In this document: positions 50,267 to 59,581 of the stretch, piece by piece
Layout: each line of letters starts with the position of its first letter
Numbering within the stretch: the stretch's first letter is position 1
Source of the DNA: Candidatus Helarchaeota archaeon
Lineage (GTDB): Archaea; Asgardarchaeota; Lokiarchaeia; Helarchaeales; RDOG01
Direction: 5' to 3'
NCBI GenBank assembly: GCA_019058315.1
Contig: JAHPZH010000004.1
Coordinates: 224,001 to 288,000, forward strand
Length of the DNA: 64,000 nt
The notes under the pieces: model-generated
Seen by the model: the letters and a program-made list of their open reading frames with translations, nothing else
Databases searched by the model: none
What the model was told of the DNA's origin: nothing
Program-made: the position numbers and the translations under genes

Positions 50267-51109
50267 GTGATTGGGATATCACAATCAGAGGACTTCTATA
50301 AATTTCTAGCAATTTTTTTACAGCGATATTTTTACCAAATGACATCAGATATAATTTCTATTATAATGTTTGTTCTCGTTGGATTAGTTGTTGTTTCAAT
50401 TCCTGTTGTTTATTATGCATTTAAATTACAAGGGTTTGTTAAATATTCCAAAATGTGGAAACCGTGGAAAAAATTAGCATTTGGTTGGGCTTTAACAACC
50501 GTTGCAGGGATAGTAGGTCTGACAATTATTTTTATTATTTTTTATTTTACAGATTTAATTAAACAAGTTATTGTTCCATTAACAATTCTGGGAATAATTC
50601 TTTCCCCTCTAGTCATCATTATTTTGGTAATAATTATTATGACTATTGATGGAATACGTTCTTTTTATAAAAAAGCACAAGTTTCAGTTAATCCAGAACA
50701 GGAAATAAAGAAATTACGTTATATATTTTCAATTCATAATGAAGTTGGTGTGACTATATATCAAAGAAAATTGGGAGAGTGGGAATTGGAAACGGATTTG
50801 ATAGGAGGATTTTTAACTGCAATACAAAGTTTCAGTTCCGAAATCAAAAAAAAGAGGACTTCCATGCGAAAAATGGAATATAAGGATTTTGAAATTATTA
50901 TAGAACGTGGAAAATATGCATTTTTTGCTATTTTTATTGATGGAACCGAATCTTACTGGATACGGGATAAACTCAGTCTGTTTTCAAAGGAATTTGAAAA
51001 TCTATTCGAAGAATATTTAAAAGTTTGGACTGGTGAATTAACTGTGTTCGAACAATCTGAAAAAAACGAATTTTTAATTAATAGAATCTTTGAATTATAT
51101 AGAATATGA
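50267..51109 (+). CDS. 3-TM protein with C-terminal longin-like domain
   Basis: Three TM helices, then YIFSIH..GVTIY...DLIGGFLTAIQSFSSE...FSKEFE..F...L..WTG....F. Confidence 0.85.
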   Translation: MIGISQSEDFYKFLAIFLQRYFYQMTSDIISIIMFVLVGLVVVSIPVVYYAFKLQGFVKYSKMWKPWKKLAFGWALTTVAGIVGLTIIFIIFYFTDLIKQVIVPLTILGIILSPLVIIILVIIIMTIDGIRSFYKKAQVSVNPEQEIKKLRYIFSIHNEVGVTIYQRKLGEWELETDLIGGFLTAIQSFSSEIKKKRTSMRKMEYKDFEIIIERGKYAFFAIFIDGTESYWIRDKLSLFSKEFENLFEEYLKVWTGELTVFEQSEKNEFLINRIFELYRI

Positions 51110-51384
51110 GTTTAATGAATTAATTAAAAGAAAATATGGAACGAAATTGTATATAAAAGATCTTATTAGCTTGATTAATTTTAACGTATTTATTATCTTT
51201 TTCACTCCGTTTTAATAATCATTTTTTGAAGAACATTATAGTATTCAAAATTTTCAATAATATCATTTGAAATTTACTTATTATCAAAAATGAGAAAAAC
51301 AAACAATTAAAATTAAATTAGAACCCTTATCACTAAATCTTAAAACTTTTTTACAGAAAAGATGAAATTTTTCCTTTACAAGAA

Positions 51385-51406
51385 TAAGTAAAATTCATTT
51401 TACTTA
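51385..51406. promoter_or_regulatory. Inverted repeat TAAGTAAAA-N4-TTTTACTTA (putative operator), copy 1
   Basis: The same element occurs upstream of the paralogous gene. Confidence 0.6.
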
Positions 51407-51483
51407 AGATTTTTTAAATTCCGATGAATTATATAAATACAATATGAATTAATATATTGATTTTATATCAATCGGTGAATCAA

Positions 51484-52260
51484 ATGATCTCATTTGGAGA
51501 TAAAGTTTATTCATTTATCCTTACCGAAACTGGTTATATTGCTTCAGTTTATGGTCCTGAATTTTTTATTTTGGGATATATTGCGGATATAATTTGGGCT
51601 TCTTTATTTATTGCTTTAATTATTTTAATATTGAAAACTAAATTAACCTATGTTGAAGGATTTAGGAACAATTTTCTTATTGGAATTATATTATTATTGT
51701 TAGAATCCCTAGTATGGATTTTAAACTTAAGAATTTTTTTTGTTTCGTTTGCTGAAAATCAAGGTCCTGCAAGTCTAATTATGGCTTCTCTTTATATATC
51801 TGCTGGTTATTTTCTGATTCGTGGTTTATTAAAGCTAAATAATTATCTTGATACAATCATTGGAACTAAAGAACAAAGAAACAATTTAAATGCACTAATT
51901 TTTGCAATTATAATAACAGCTACTTATCAAGTTTCTGATACACTGGTTCATGGTGTTAATCCCCTTGGAATACCAAGTATAATATTAACTTCGACTATAT
52001 TCATTTCTCAATTGTATATTTCTATATACTCATTTTATTTGCACCGTGATATGAAAGATCTTAAAATAAATATGATGTTATATTTCGGAATCGGTTTTCT
52101 CTTTCTAGTTCTCATAATAGCATTTGGAAGTATTTTTGAATTTGATACATCTCTTTATCTTACAAGTATCGGTTATACCTATTTAGGTTTTCAGGTATTT
52201 TTAATTCTTGGATATCTTGACTTTAAAAATCGAATTTCAAAAATTAAAACTGAAATTTAA
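51484..52260 (+). CDS. 7TM membrane protein, family B copy 1
   Basis: Seven hydrophobic helices. ATG 51484 (MISFGD) matches the paralog start; track start is 51457. Confidence 0.85.
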   Translation: MISFGDKVYSFILTETGYIASVYGPEFFILGYIADIIWASLFIALIILILKTKLTYVEGFRNNFLIGIILLLLESLVWILNLRIFFVSFAENQGPASLIMASLYISAGYFLIRGLLKLNNYLDTIIGTKEQRNNLNALIFAIIITATYQVSDTLVHGVNPLGIPSIILTSTIFISQLYISIYSFYLHRDMKDLKINMMLYFGIGFLFLVLIIAFGSIFEFDTSLYLTSIGYTYLGFQVFLILGYLDFKNRISKIKTEI

Positions 52261-52375
52261 GAAGTTTACAAATGAAATATTCGAGAAGAAAAATAGTACA
52301 GTATATTCTGAAGAGCTTTAATATAATCTATTTTCAATAATATCATTTAATTTTTTCCCATAATTCCACAATTTT

Positions 52376-52397
52376 TAAGTAAAATTCTTTTTACTTA
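52376..52397. promoter_or_regulatory. Inverted repeat TAAGTAAAA-N4-TTTTACTTA (putative operator), copy 2
   Basis: Arms identical to copy 1; similar distance to the ATG. Confidence 0.6.
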
Positions 52398-52473
52398 AGA
52401 TTTTAAAAATCGATGAAATATAATAATAAAATGAATTTAAATTGATAATTCTACATTAATCAGGTAGTATTAA

Positions 52474-53253
52474 ATGATAATTGGATTTGGTGATACTGTT
52501 TATGCAGTTGATCTTCTAGACACAGGCCTTGCTATTTATAGTTATAGTCCTTTATATTATATTTTGAGAGATATTTCGCATATAATCTGGGCTTGTTTAT
52601 TTATTGCTTTATTTATTATAATAATTAAGACTAAATTAACTCATGTTGAAGGATTTAGGAAAAATTTCCTTATTGGAGTCATATTATTATTGCTAGCATC
52701 CTCAGTATGGGTCATTTTTTTAAGATTTTTTTTTCATTTGTACTATCAATTGATAAATCTTGTTAATCTAATTATGGCTGTATTTTTTATTACTTCTGCA
52801 TATTTCCTCATTCGTGGTTTATTAAAGCTAAATAATTATCTTGATTCAATAATTGGGACTAAAGAAAAAAGAAATAATTTAAGAGCATTAATTATTTCAA
52901 TTATAATCGCCGCTATTTATCAAGTTTATTATGTACTAGTGAGTGGTCTTACTTTCGCTATATTTACAAATATAATATTAATGTTAGCTATATTTACTTC
53001 TCAATTGTATATTTCTATATACTCGTTTTATTTACATCCAAATTTTAAAGATCTCAAAATAAATATGATGTTATACTTCGGAATCGGATTTCTCTTTCTA
53101 GTTCTCATATTAACATTTGGACAAATTTTTGCACTTAACGTGTCTTTAAATTTTACAAGTATCAATTTTTCCTTTTTGGCCTTTCAGTCATTTTTAATTC
53201 TTGGATATGTTGACTTTAAAAATCGAATTTCAAAAATCAAAGCTGAAATTTAA
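52474..53253 (+). CDS. 7TM membrane protein, family B copy 2 (tandem paralog)
   Basis: Colinear with 51484-52260. Confidence 0.85.
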   Translation: MIIGFGDTVYAVDLLDTGLAIYSYSPLYYILRDISHIIWACLFIALFIIIIKTKLTHVEGFRKNFLIGVILLLLASSVWVIFLRFFFHLYYQLINLVNLIMAVFFITSAYFLIRGLLKLNNYLDSIIGTKEKRNNLRALIISIIIAAIYQVYYVLVSGLTFAIFTNIILMLAIFTSQLYISIYSFYLHPNFKDLKINMMLYFGIGFLFLVLILTFGQIFALNVSLNFTSINFSFLAFQSFLILGYVDFKNRISKIKAEI

Positions 53254-53296
53254 GAAGTTTTCAAAGAAAATTTGAGAAAAGAAAAATACTCCCTCT

Positions 53297-55528
53297 TTAA
53301 TTCATCTCTTTTTCAAAATAATTCATCATTTTTTGATAAATTTGGGTTTTTTCGGGATTAGAGCTAGAATTCTGTAATTTTTTTATGATATAATATGGCA
53401 TAGATTTAGCCAGATAATTAAATTTTGGATTTCTATCGACAATTAATCTACCCTCGGCGTCTATACCATTAGCTTCGATACCATCCACTCTTATATTAGT
53501 TTTAATCACCTTTAGAACTTGAGAAGCTAAATGTGAGACTAAGACCGTACACGAATTATTTGATTCTCCTAACATTTCTAATATACTGCCAATAACTTTG
53601 GCAGCTGCGCCAGGCTCAGTTATTGCTTCTAACTCATCCACTAGAACTAATTTCTCCTTTTTAGAAATAATTATATCAGTAAAATTCTTTACGCTGGATT
53701 CAAACGCACCCGAGGAATTACTACCCTGGCTTTTTGAAAAGAAAAATAATTCGTTGAAGAGGCCAATATTAACAGCCTGTGCAGCAACAGGCAGTCCCAT
53801 CTGTGCCATGATAGTAATTTGTGCAATAGTCTGAAGAAGCGTAGTTTTTCCACCAGAATTGGCCCCGGTTAAAATGATTAAGTTATTTTTTATATCAATT
53901 CTATTTTCAAAGATAACTGGAATATTACCGACATGATAATTAATTTGTTTAATTTCAATATTTTGTTCATGCTTAAGAAATAGATTAATTCCTCCTTCAA
54001 AACTCAATCCTAGTTTATCCTCAACAAAATTTGGATAAGTTAAATTATAATCTTTCATTATTGATGAAATTGCCAATAATTCATCTAATTCGAATAAAAT
54101 ATTCAAAAGTTTTGCTACTAATGGCTTTACTGCACTCAAGTTTTTAGCAAGTTGAGTTAGAATTTCAAATTTTAGGATTTTTTCTCGTCTTATTAGGTTA
54201 TTCTTTAGCTTTTCAAGGATGAAATTGTCAGCTTCAATAGGAAAATTCATATCATTAGGATATAGTTCAAAAACAATCGAACTTTCCGGTGCTTCAAGGT
54301 TTAATCTTTCAATTAATTTTTCTCGAGCTTCCATTAGTATTTCCTCAATAATCCCCGCAATATCTAAAGGTAAAAACTCCATTAACGCATTTAAAGAGAT
54401 TGAATTCGAGTCGTCAACTGATTTTAATAAATTAAAAATTTGACCTCCTTCTAAAACTGCTTTAGATTTTTTTATCTCATTTTCTATCGATTCATTAATT
54501 TCTATTTCTTGATCTGCAATAATTCCATCAAAACTATTCACAATTTTTAAAGCTTCATCATATTCTGGGTAATTTTCCTCTTTAATTTCACCATCTTTAT
54601 CAATTTTTGCTAGGTTTAGTATAAGACCTTTTAATAATTCCATACTAATATCTTTAAATCCCTCCAAGGTTTCCTCGTCTTGCTTTAATTCTTGTTTTAA
54701 AATCTTAAATAGCTTATAACCTGCAATCAGAATATTATAATTGACTCCTAAAAAATCACAAATAACCGATTCAGGCAATAAATCAGTAACTGAAAATTCA
54801 TTAATATCTAAAAAAATAGCATTTTTAATTTGATCAGTAAAAGAATTATTATTATAATCATTCGATATAAAAATTACAAGATCAAATGAATTTAAATAAT
54901 CTAGAACTTTCTCACTTAGCGATTCTATTAATAATAATTTACAATATTTTTCAATATCGAGCTCTATTAATTCATTATACTGCTTTTTATTATCAGTTAC
55001 GATAATTCGATGTAGTAAGAGTTTATCTTTAAAAGTCTGAGGTTTAAATGGTTTAATTTTTTTTAGTAAAATTTTGATTTTTTCTATTGTTTCTTCATTA
55101 ATTTTATTCAGTTTTGAAAGTCTATTTCGATAATTTTCTAATCTAGATTTAATTATGTTTAATTTGGTAGCGGGTAATGGATACATAAGTGAAAATTTAT
55201 CTTTAATATATTGGGTTTGGGCATAAGATTTTAAAATTTCAATAATTCTATCATAGACTTTTAAAATGTCATCAGTCATCAAAATCTGGTTTGTGTAATT
55301 TGTATAAACTCCAGATTCATCATCTGAATGAAATTCTTGAATAATCTTAAGAGCCATTTTTTGCCCAATACCTTTTATCGATGAAATTTCACTAATTCTC
55401 GCTTCAGAAATCGCATTGATAACATTTTCTTCAGTTAAAAAATGATTAATTAATTTTTCAGAAATCTTGGGTCCTAATCCTTGTATTGATTGTATGATCC
55501 TTTGTTTTTGTATTACACCATTTTTCAA
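53297..55528 (-). CDS. Archaeal MutS-like protein (N-terminal HhH plus MutS ATPase domain; MutS2/MutS5 type)
   Basis: GLGPK and GIGQK HhH motifs; LTGANSGGKTT, QMGLPV, GAFES, VLVDELEAITEPGAA, VSHL. Confidence 0.88.
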   Translation of the reverse strand: MKNGVIQKQRIIQSIQGLGPKISEKLINHFLTEENVINAISEARISEISSIKGIGQKMALKIIQEFHSDDESGVYTNYTNQILMTDDILKVYDRIIEILKSYAQTQYIKDKFSLMYPLPATKLNIIKSRLENYRNRLSKLNKINEETIEKIKILLKKIKPFKPQTFKDKLLLHRIIVTDNKKQYNELIELDIEKYCKLLLIESLSEKVLDYLNSFDLVIFISNDYNNNSFTDQIKNAIFLDINEFSVTDLLPESVICDFLGVNYNILIAGYKLFKILKQELKQDEETLEGFKDISMELLKGLILNLAKIDKDGEIKEENYPEYDEALKIVNSFDGIIADQEIEINESIENEIKKSKAVLEGGQIFNLLKSVDDSNSISLNALMEFLPLDIAGIIEEILMEAREKLIERLNLEAPESSIVFELYPNDMNFPIEADNFILEKLKNNLIRREKILKFEILTQLAKNLSAVKPLVAKLLNILFELDELLAISSIMKDYNLTYPNFVEDKLGLSFEGGINLFLKHEQNIEIKQINYHVGNIPVIFENRIDIKNNLIILTGANSGGKTTLLQTIAQITIMAQMGLPVAAQAVNIGLFNELFFFSKSQGSNSSGAFESSVKNFTDIIISKKEKLVLVDELEAITEPGAAAKVIGSILEMLGESNNSCTVLVSHLASQVLKVIKTNIRVDGIEANGIDAEGRLIVDRNPKFNYLAKSMPYYIIKKLQNSSSNPEKTQIYQKMMNYFEKEMN

Positions 55529-55843
55529 GCTATTTCACACTACAAAAATTATTTTAGGGAATAATGAGAATTATGTCGGAATATAACCTTTTGAATTTAA
55601 ACAGAAATCAATTAAAATACATAAATTATTGAAGAAATAAAAAAAGATTAAGGGTGTGTTTTAAAAATGAAAAAAGTAGCTTGATCTTTAATAAAAATCG
55701 TTAAATGATTGATTTGAATAGAATATATTAGAATCTTCTAATCCTAATTATAAAAACTTAAAAATAAACATTACACTAATTGATTGAATGGGATTATAAA
55801 AATTATTGAAAATGATTTAAGTTGTAATAAAAAGGGACAAAAA

Positions 55844-56017
55844 ATGAGCTACACTATCCAGGATGTTAAATTTAAATGCCAAAAATGTGATTTTGAATTT
55901 AGAGAAAAGAAAAAATTAATTTTCTCAAATTCAGCAGTTCGAAAAAGACCTATATTTAAAGCAAATTGTCCAAAATGTGGGAATATTTGTGTTAATAGCA
56001 GTTATCCTTCTAGTTGA
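55844..56017 (+). CDS. Small zinc-ribbon protein
   Basis: CQKC...RPIFKANCPKCG. ATG 55844 preferred. Confidence 0.7.
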   Translation: MSYTIQDVKFKCQKCDFEFREKKKLIFSNSAVRKRPIFKANCPKCGNICVNSSYPSS

Positions 56018-56052
56018 TTGAAATGTCTTTTTTATAGATTAAAGTGAGTTTT

Positions 56053-56421
56053 TCATAAATCTAATTTCATTAATTTCTGATATTCCTCAATATGGAGACT
56101 GTTGAAATCATCAAAATAATAGCCATCCTCCTCTTTGGACAGCACTATTACATGAACCTGATTACCAATTTGACTCACTTTAGCAATTACAGAATCCCAT
56201 TGGATATAAAATGGAGGTTTTCGGATTTCTTCAACTTCGGTTACATCAGCGATTTTTTTTAGCTCATTTTGGCGAAGTCTCGATAATGTCTTTATTTTTT
56301 CTTCTGTAAGTGGTAAAAAAATTCTCCTATTTGCATTATTAAATACACTCGCCATTAGATCAAAGTCATTATTTCTAATTGCTTTTATTACAATATTTGC
56401 TACTTCTCGTGGGCTTTTCAT
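56053..56421 (-). CDS. Hypothetical protein
   Basis: ORF track 122 aa; SD GAGG. Confidence 0.7.
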   Translation of the reverse strand: MKSPREVANIVIKAIRNNDFDLMASVFNNANRRIFLPLTEEKIKTLSRLRQNELKKIADVTEVEEIRKPPFYIQWDSVIAKVSQIGNQVHVIVLSKEEDGYYFDDFNSLHIEEYQKLMKLDL

Positions 56422-56531
56422 ATGTATTTCCTCTGATAGAGTTAATATAAAAAAATAACAATAAGTTCCTATTTATAAAAACTTAAAAGTAAATCTTAAA
56501 CTTAGTTATAACGAAAAATGAGAGGATTATT

Positions 56532-56849
56532 TTGAGAAAAATATTATTTAAAGGTATTTTAAGAGGTACAGCAACTTCAAATAAGATTGGATCAATCTTT
56601 GTTATTAAATTAGATGAAAAAATAGAAGGTTTACCCAAAGAATTTGTGGTTTTTAATACTTATATGGGATCTGATTCTAGGAGTCCAATGGGTACTTTAA
56701 AGAATGCTATGGCTACACCTATAAGAATAGGCGATAAAATAATTGTAGAAGGTGAAATTATTCAAGAATTTAAAGGAAAAGAAGCATTAGAATATATAAG
56801 AATGGATGCTAAGCATGTCTATAATGAAACATTAAAATATGGATTTTAA
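56532..56849 (+). CDS. Hypothetical protein, possibly OB-fold
   Basis: IRIGDKIIVEGEI pattern; SD GAGG. Confidence 0.65.
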   Translation: MRKILFKGILRGTATSNKIGSIFVIKLDEKIEGLPKEFVVFNTYMGSDSRSPMGTLKNAMATPIRIGDKIIVEGEIIQEFKGKEALEYIRMDAKHVYNETLKYGF

Positions 56850-56873
56850 GAAAAAAAATTGATTCTATTAAGT

Positions 56874-57158
56874 CTATTCTTCTTCTTTAATTGGGGCAAG
56901 GGTGAGTTTAAATTTTGCAGGGTCAAATTTCTTTCCCAAATCTTTTAAAGAAATTGTTTTGCTGTTTGTAACTTTAATATCACATAAATCAAATGCTACA
57001 CAAGCATTAACAAATGCAGATACGAAATTTCTATTCTTATCTAATTCTTTTGATATCTCATCTATTGTAAGATCTCCCTTCGTTTTCAAAATAGCAAAAA
57101 GTTCTTCTAAAAATAATTTTGCTTCTCTAATGTAATTATCTGTTTTTCTAGAACCCAT
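56874..57158 (-). CDS. Small winged-helix DNA-binding protein
   Basis: ILKTKGDLTIDEISKELDKNRNFVSAFV; SD GAGGT. Confidence 0.75.
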   Translation of the reverse strand: MGSRKTDNYIREAKLFLEELFAILKTKGDLTIDEISKELDKNRNFVSAFVNACVAFDLCDIKVTNSKTISLKDLGKKFDPAKFKLTLAPIKEEE

Positions 57159-57244
57159 TTTAAAACCTCTTTTTTAATGATAAAACTTCGAAAGGAAGCA
57201 AAGTCACATAAACATTTATAAGTAACTGACTATATAAATATATT

Positions 57245-57266
57245 TACACGCATGCATGCGTGCGTA
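57245..57266. promoter_or_regulatory. 22-nt alternating purine/pyrimidine tract containing a perfect 16-bp palindrome, between divergent genes
   Basis: TACACGCATGCATGCGTGCGTA; palindrome CACGCATGCATGCGTG at 57247-57262. Confidence 0.65.
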
Positions 57267-57324
57267 AAATAAACATGAAAATGTGAAAAATATAGTTATT
57301 GAAAAAAAGAGATCGGGAGTAATT

Positions 57325-57918
57325 ATGATGTTTAATGTGATGACATTGAATGACAAGTATATTAGAAAGATTATTTATGAGGCTAATCATTTATATAACA
57401 AATATGATTTAGATAAGAATATAATTCCAGTTGCATTAGATATTTCAATTAGATATATTAAAAATTCGATTCCATCAGAACCAAGAGAAAAAGATGTACT
57501 ATATTGTGCGGCATATTTTATTGCAATTAGACATCCATTCTCACATCCTTCTAATGTAACAAGAGATGGCTTTGCAGATCAATTTAATATAAAGACAACG
57601 AGCTTAGATTGGTATATAAATAGAATATTGACCGAATTAAATTTCATTCGCATTCATGATCTTCAGACAATCCCTTATTTCATTGATCCGACCTCATTAA
57701 TTTATACAGTGACAATATCAATAATTCATTCTAATTTAAGTGAAAATCTGATAAATGCTATAATATACAAAAAGCTGCCTGATGTCAATATACTAGTAGA
57801 TAAAATTACAGGGATTCTTGTAGATAGACTTAAGATCTTGCCAGAAATCTTTAAAAGAAGCCTAAGAGGTTTAGTCCTTGATATTATAAGAGGTGAAATA
57901 AAGAATCTAAGGTTATAA
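57325..57918 (+). CDS. Cyclin-fold/TFIIB-core-like protein lacking the TFB Zn ribbon
   Basis: YDLDKNIIPVALDI...VLYCAAYFIAIR...TRDGFADQFNI...L...INRILTEL fits the cyclin-box pattern. SD GGGAG precedes ATG 57325; track start is 57283. Confidence 0.65.
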   Translation: MMFNVMTLNDKYIRKIIYEANHLYNKYDLDKNIIPVALDISIRYIKNSIPSEPREKDVLYCAAYFIAIRHPFSHPSNVTRDGFADQFNIKTTSLDWYINRILTELNFIRIHDLQTIPYFIDPTSLIYTVTISIIHSNLSENLINAIIYKKLPDVNILVDKITGILVDRLKILPEIFKRSLRGLVLDIIRGEIKNLRL

Positions 57919-57936
57919 TATAATCGGAGGAATTAT

Positions 57937-58224
57937 TTGGAGTATTTCGGAAAGAAATTTTTATTTAAAGTAATTGTAGAAACATTAAACGATTTAAAAT
58001 TGAGAAATCAAGCATTTATAAATGCTAGAAAAATCCGAAATATTATTGAAAGAAAATTAAATCGCACTATCTCATCGAATTTATTAAGTCGTTTTATTTC
58101 AATAAGTTTAGATTGGTTAGTTGCTTCTGAATACTTAGTTTTAATAAAAAAAACCAGTCCAAAAAAATATAAGATCCCAGATCAGTTCCTTATTAACTCT
58201 AAAAATATAAAAATATATTTTTAA
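57937..58224 (+). CDS. Small winged-helix-like protein
   Basis: INARKIR...ISISLDWLV..EYLVLIKKTSPKKYKI; SD GGAGG. Confidence 0.7.
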   Translation: MEYFGKKFLFKVIVETLNDLKLRNQAFINARKIRNIIERKLNRTISSNLLSRFISISLDWLVASEYLVLIKKTSPKKYKIPDQFLINSKNIKIYF

Positions 58225-58567
58225 AACCCATATTCTTAAGTAAATTCTCTAATCTCTATATTTTTTTAAATTTTTTTTATTGAAAAATACAAATTTATTT
58301 TCCACTAGTTTCAATTTTTTTAGTTTTTTTGGAAAGGGCGCTATTTTGAGATCAATTCGATAAAAGCGTGCATTTGGGTATTATCTGGATGATGCTAAGG
58401 TATATTATATAATTATGAAATTCAAAAAAATAAGAAAAAAAATTGCGATTTTAACTATTACCGATACAATAATGAATTTAAATAAAGTGGACCAATTTTA
58501 TATATTAGGAAATTTTTAATTTCTTTACCAAAAAATTGTATTTTTTACAATTGAAAGGTGTAAATTT

Positions 58568-58738
58568 TTGGTGACCGCAAAAGAAAATCCAACAATAGAC
58601 GACGTGAATAGGCCCCAGCCAATTGGAGTAACCGCCCCTCCGGCTTGTTTCCAAGATGGGACCACTTTTAGAAAAACTAACATGGATTGTATTTTGTGTG
58701 ATTATTTCGAAGATTGTAAAAAGGTAAAATATACTTAA
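58568..58738 (+). CDS. Cys-rich microprotein (56 aa), not in the ORF track
   Basis: SD AGGTG 7 nt before TTG. MVTAKENPTIDDVNRPQPIGVTAPPACFQDGTTFRKTNMDCILCDYFEDCKKVKYT; C-x13-C-x2-C-x5-C. Confidence 0.75.
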   Translation: MVTAKENPTIDDVNRPQPIGVTAPPACFQDGTTFRKTNMDCILCDYFEDCKKVKYT

Positions 58739-58790
58739 TTAACTAATTTTTCAAAAATAGTTCCGATTTTTTGAGAATACAAGCCATTTA

Positions 58791-59564
58791 TTATTCTATT
58801 TGTTTAATTGCTGATTCTGTCCAAATTGTTAATCTACCTGGGTGTCCACCTGGAGCTAATTTTTCTGCATTTAAATATTCCACATAAGAAATATCTACCC
58901 CTTGGATATTTCTAGCACCTTTCAGTATATCCTTATTTAAGCTTGAAATTACAATCAGTATACTTTTCTTTCTTTTATATTTACGCCCTCTCATTTTTCC
59001 CTTTCCAGCACGAATTTTCTTAGTAGATGCTCTTACGATATCAGGGTAAATTTTCAAATTTTTAAATATTTCAATAATTTCTTTAGTTTTTGAAACATCT
59101 TCTAGCTCATCAGAAACTACAATAGGCAATTTTAAGCCTTCTTCAAATTGATGTCCCCTAAGTCGGACCAACGTTTCATTTGCTGTTGCGGCAATTGCCG
59201 ATTTAATAGCTAATTTTCGTTCTTTTTTATTAATTTTTTCTTTTATATTTTTCCAAACTTTAGGTGGGAAAGCTGCACGACCGCCTACAACCATAGGAAC
59301 AAAGGCACCTTGATCAACTTTCCTTGTTCCACCGCCTCTAATTCTCGGAACTCGTGCCCTTCCAAAACCAGATCCTCTCGAAACAGCTGTATTTCTAGTT
59401 CCAGCTAGAGGATCCCGTCCTTGGGGTTGTTTCCTATTCGCACTAGATGCTATTACTGCTCTACGGATGAGATCTGGACGATAGACGGTTTGAAAAGTTG
59501 AGGGTAAGGAAATATCTCTTATTTTTTTTCCATCTAATCCCAAAACATCAACTTTGGTTTCCAT
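58791..59564 (-). CDS. rpl4: 50S ribosomal protein uL4
   Basis: RPDLIRRAV, G.GRARVPR, GGRAAFPPK, RAGKGKMRGR, LAPGGHPGRLTIWT. Confidence 0.97.
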   Translation of the reverse strand: METKVDVLGLDGKKIRDISLPSTFQTVYRPDLIRRAVIASSANRKQPQGRDPLAGTRNTAVSRGSGFGRARVPRIRGGGTRKVDQGAFVPMVVGGRAAFPPKVWKNIKEKINKKERKLAIKSAIAATANETLVRLRGHQFEEGLKLPIVVSDELEDVSKTKEIIEIFKNLKIYPDIVRASTKKIRAGKGKMRGRKYKRKKSILIVISSLNKDILKGARNIQGVDISYVEYLNAEKLAPGGHPGRLTIWTESAIKQIE

Positions 59565-59581
59565 AATTTTGCACTTTTTCT

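Noticed and set aside
45841-53253. 7TM proteins as rhodopsins
   Set aside because: None of the four has a retinal-binding Lys motif (DxxxK or SxxxK) in helix 7.
55784-58738. Integrated virus or plasmid (cluster of small ORFs)
   Set aside because: No integrase, replication or capsid gene, no att-like repeat of the tRNAs, and no clear compositional shift were seen.
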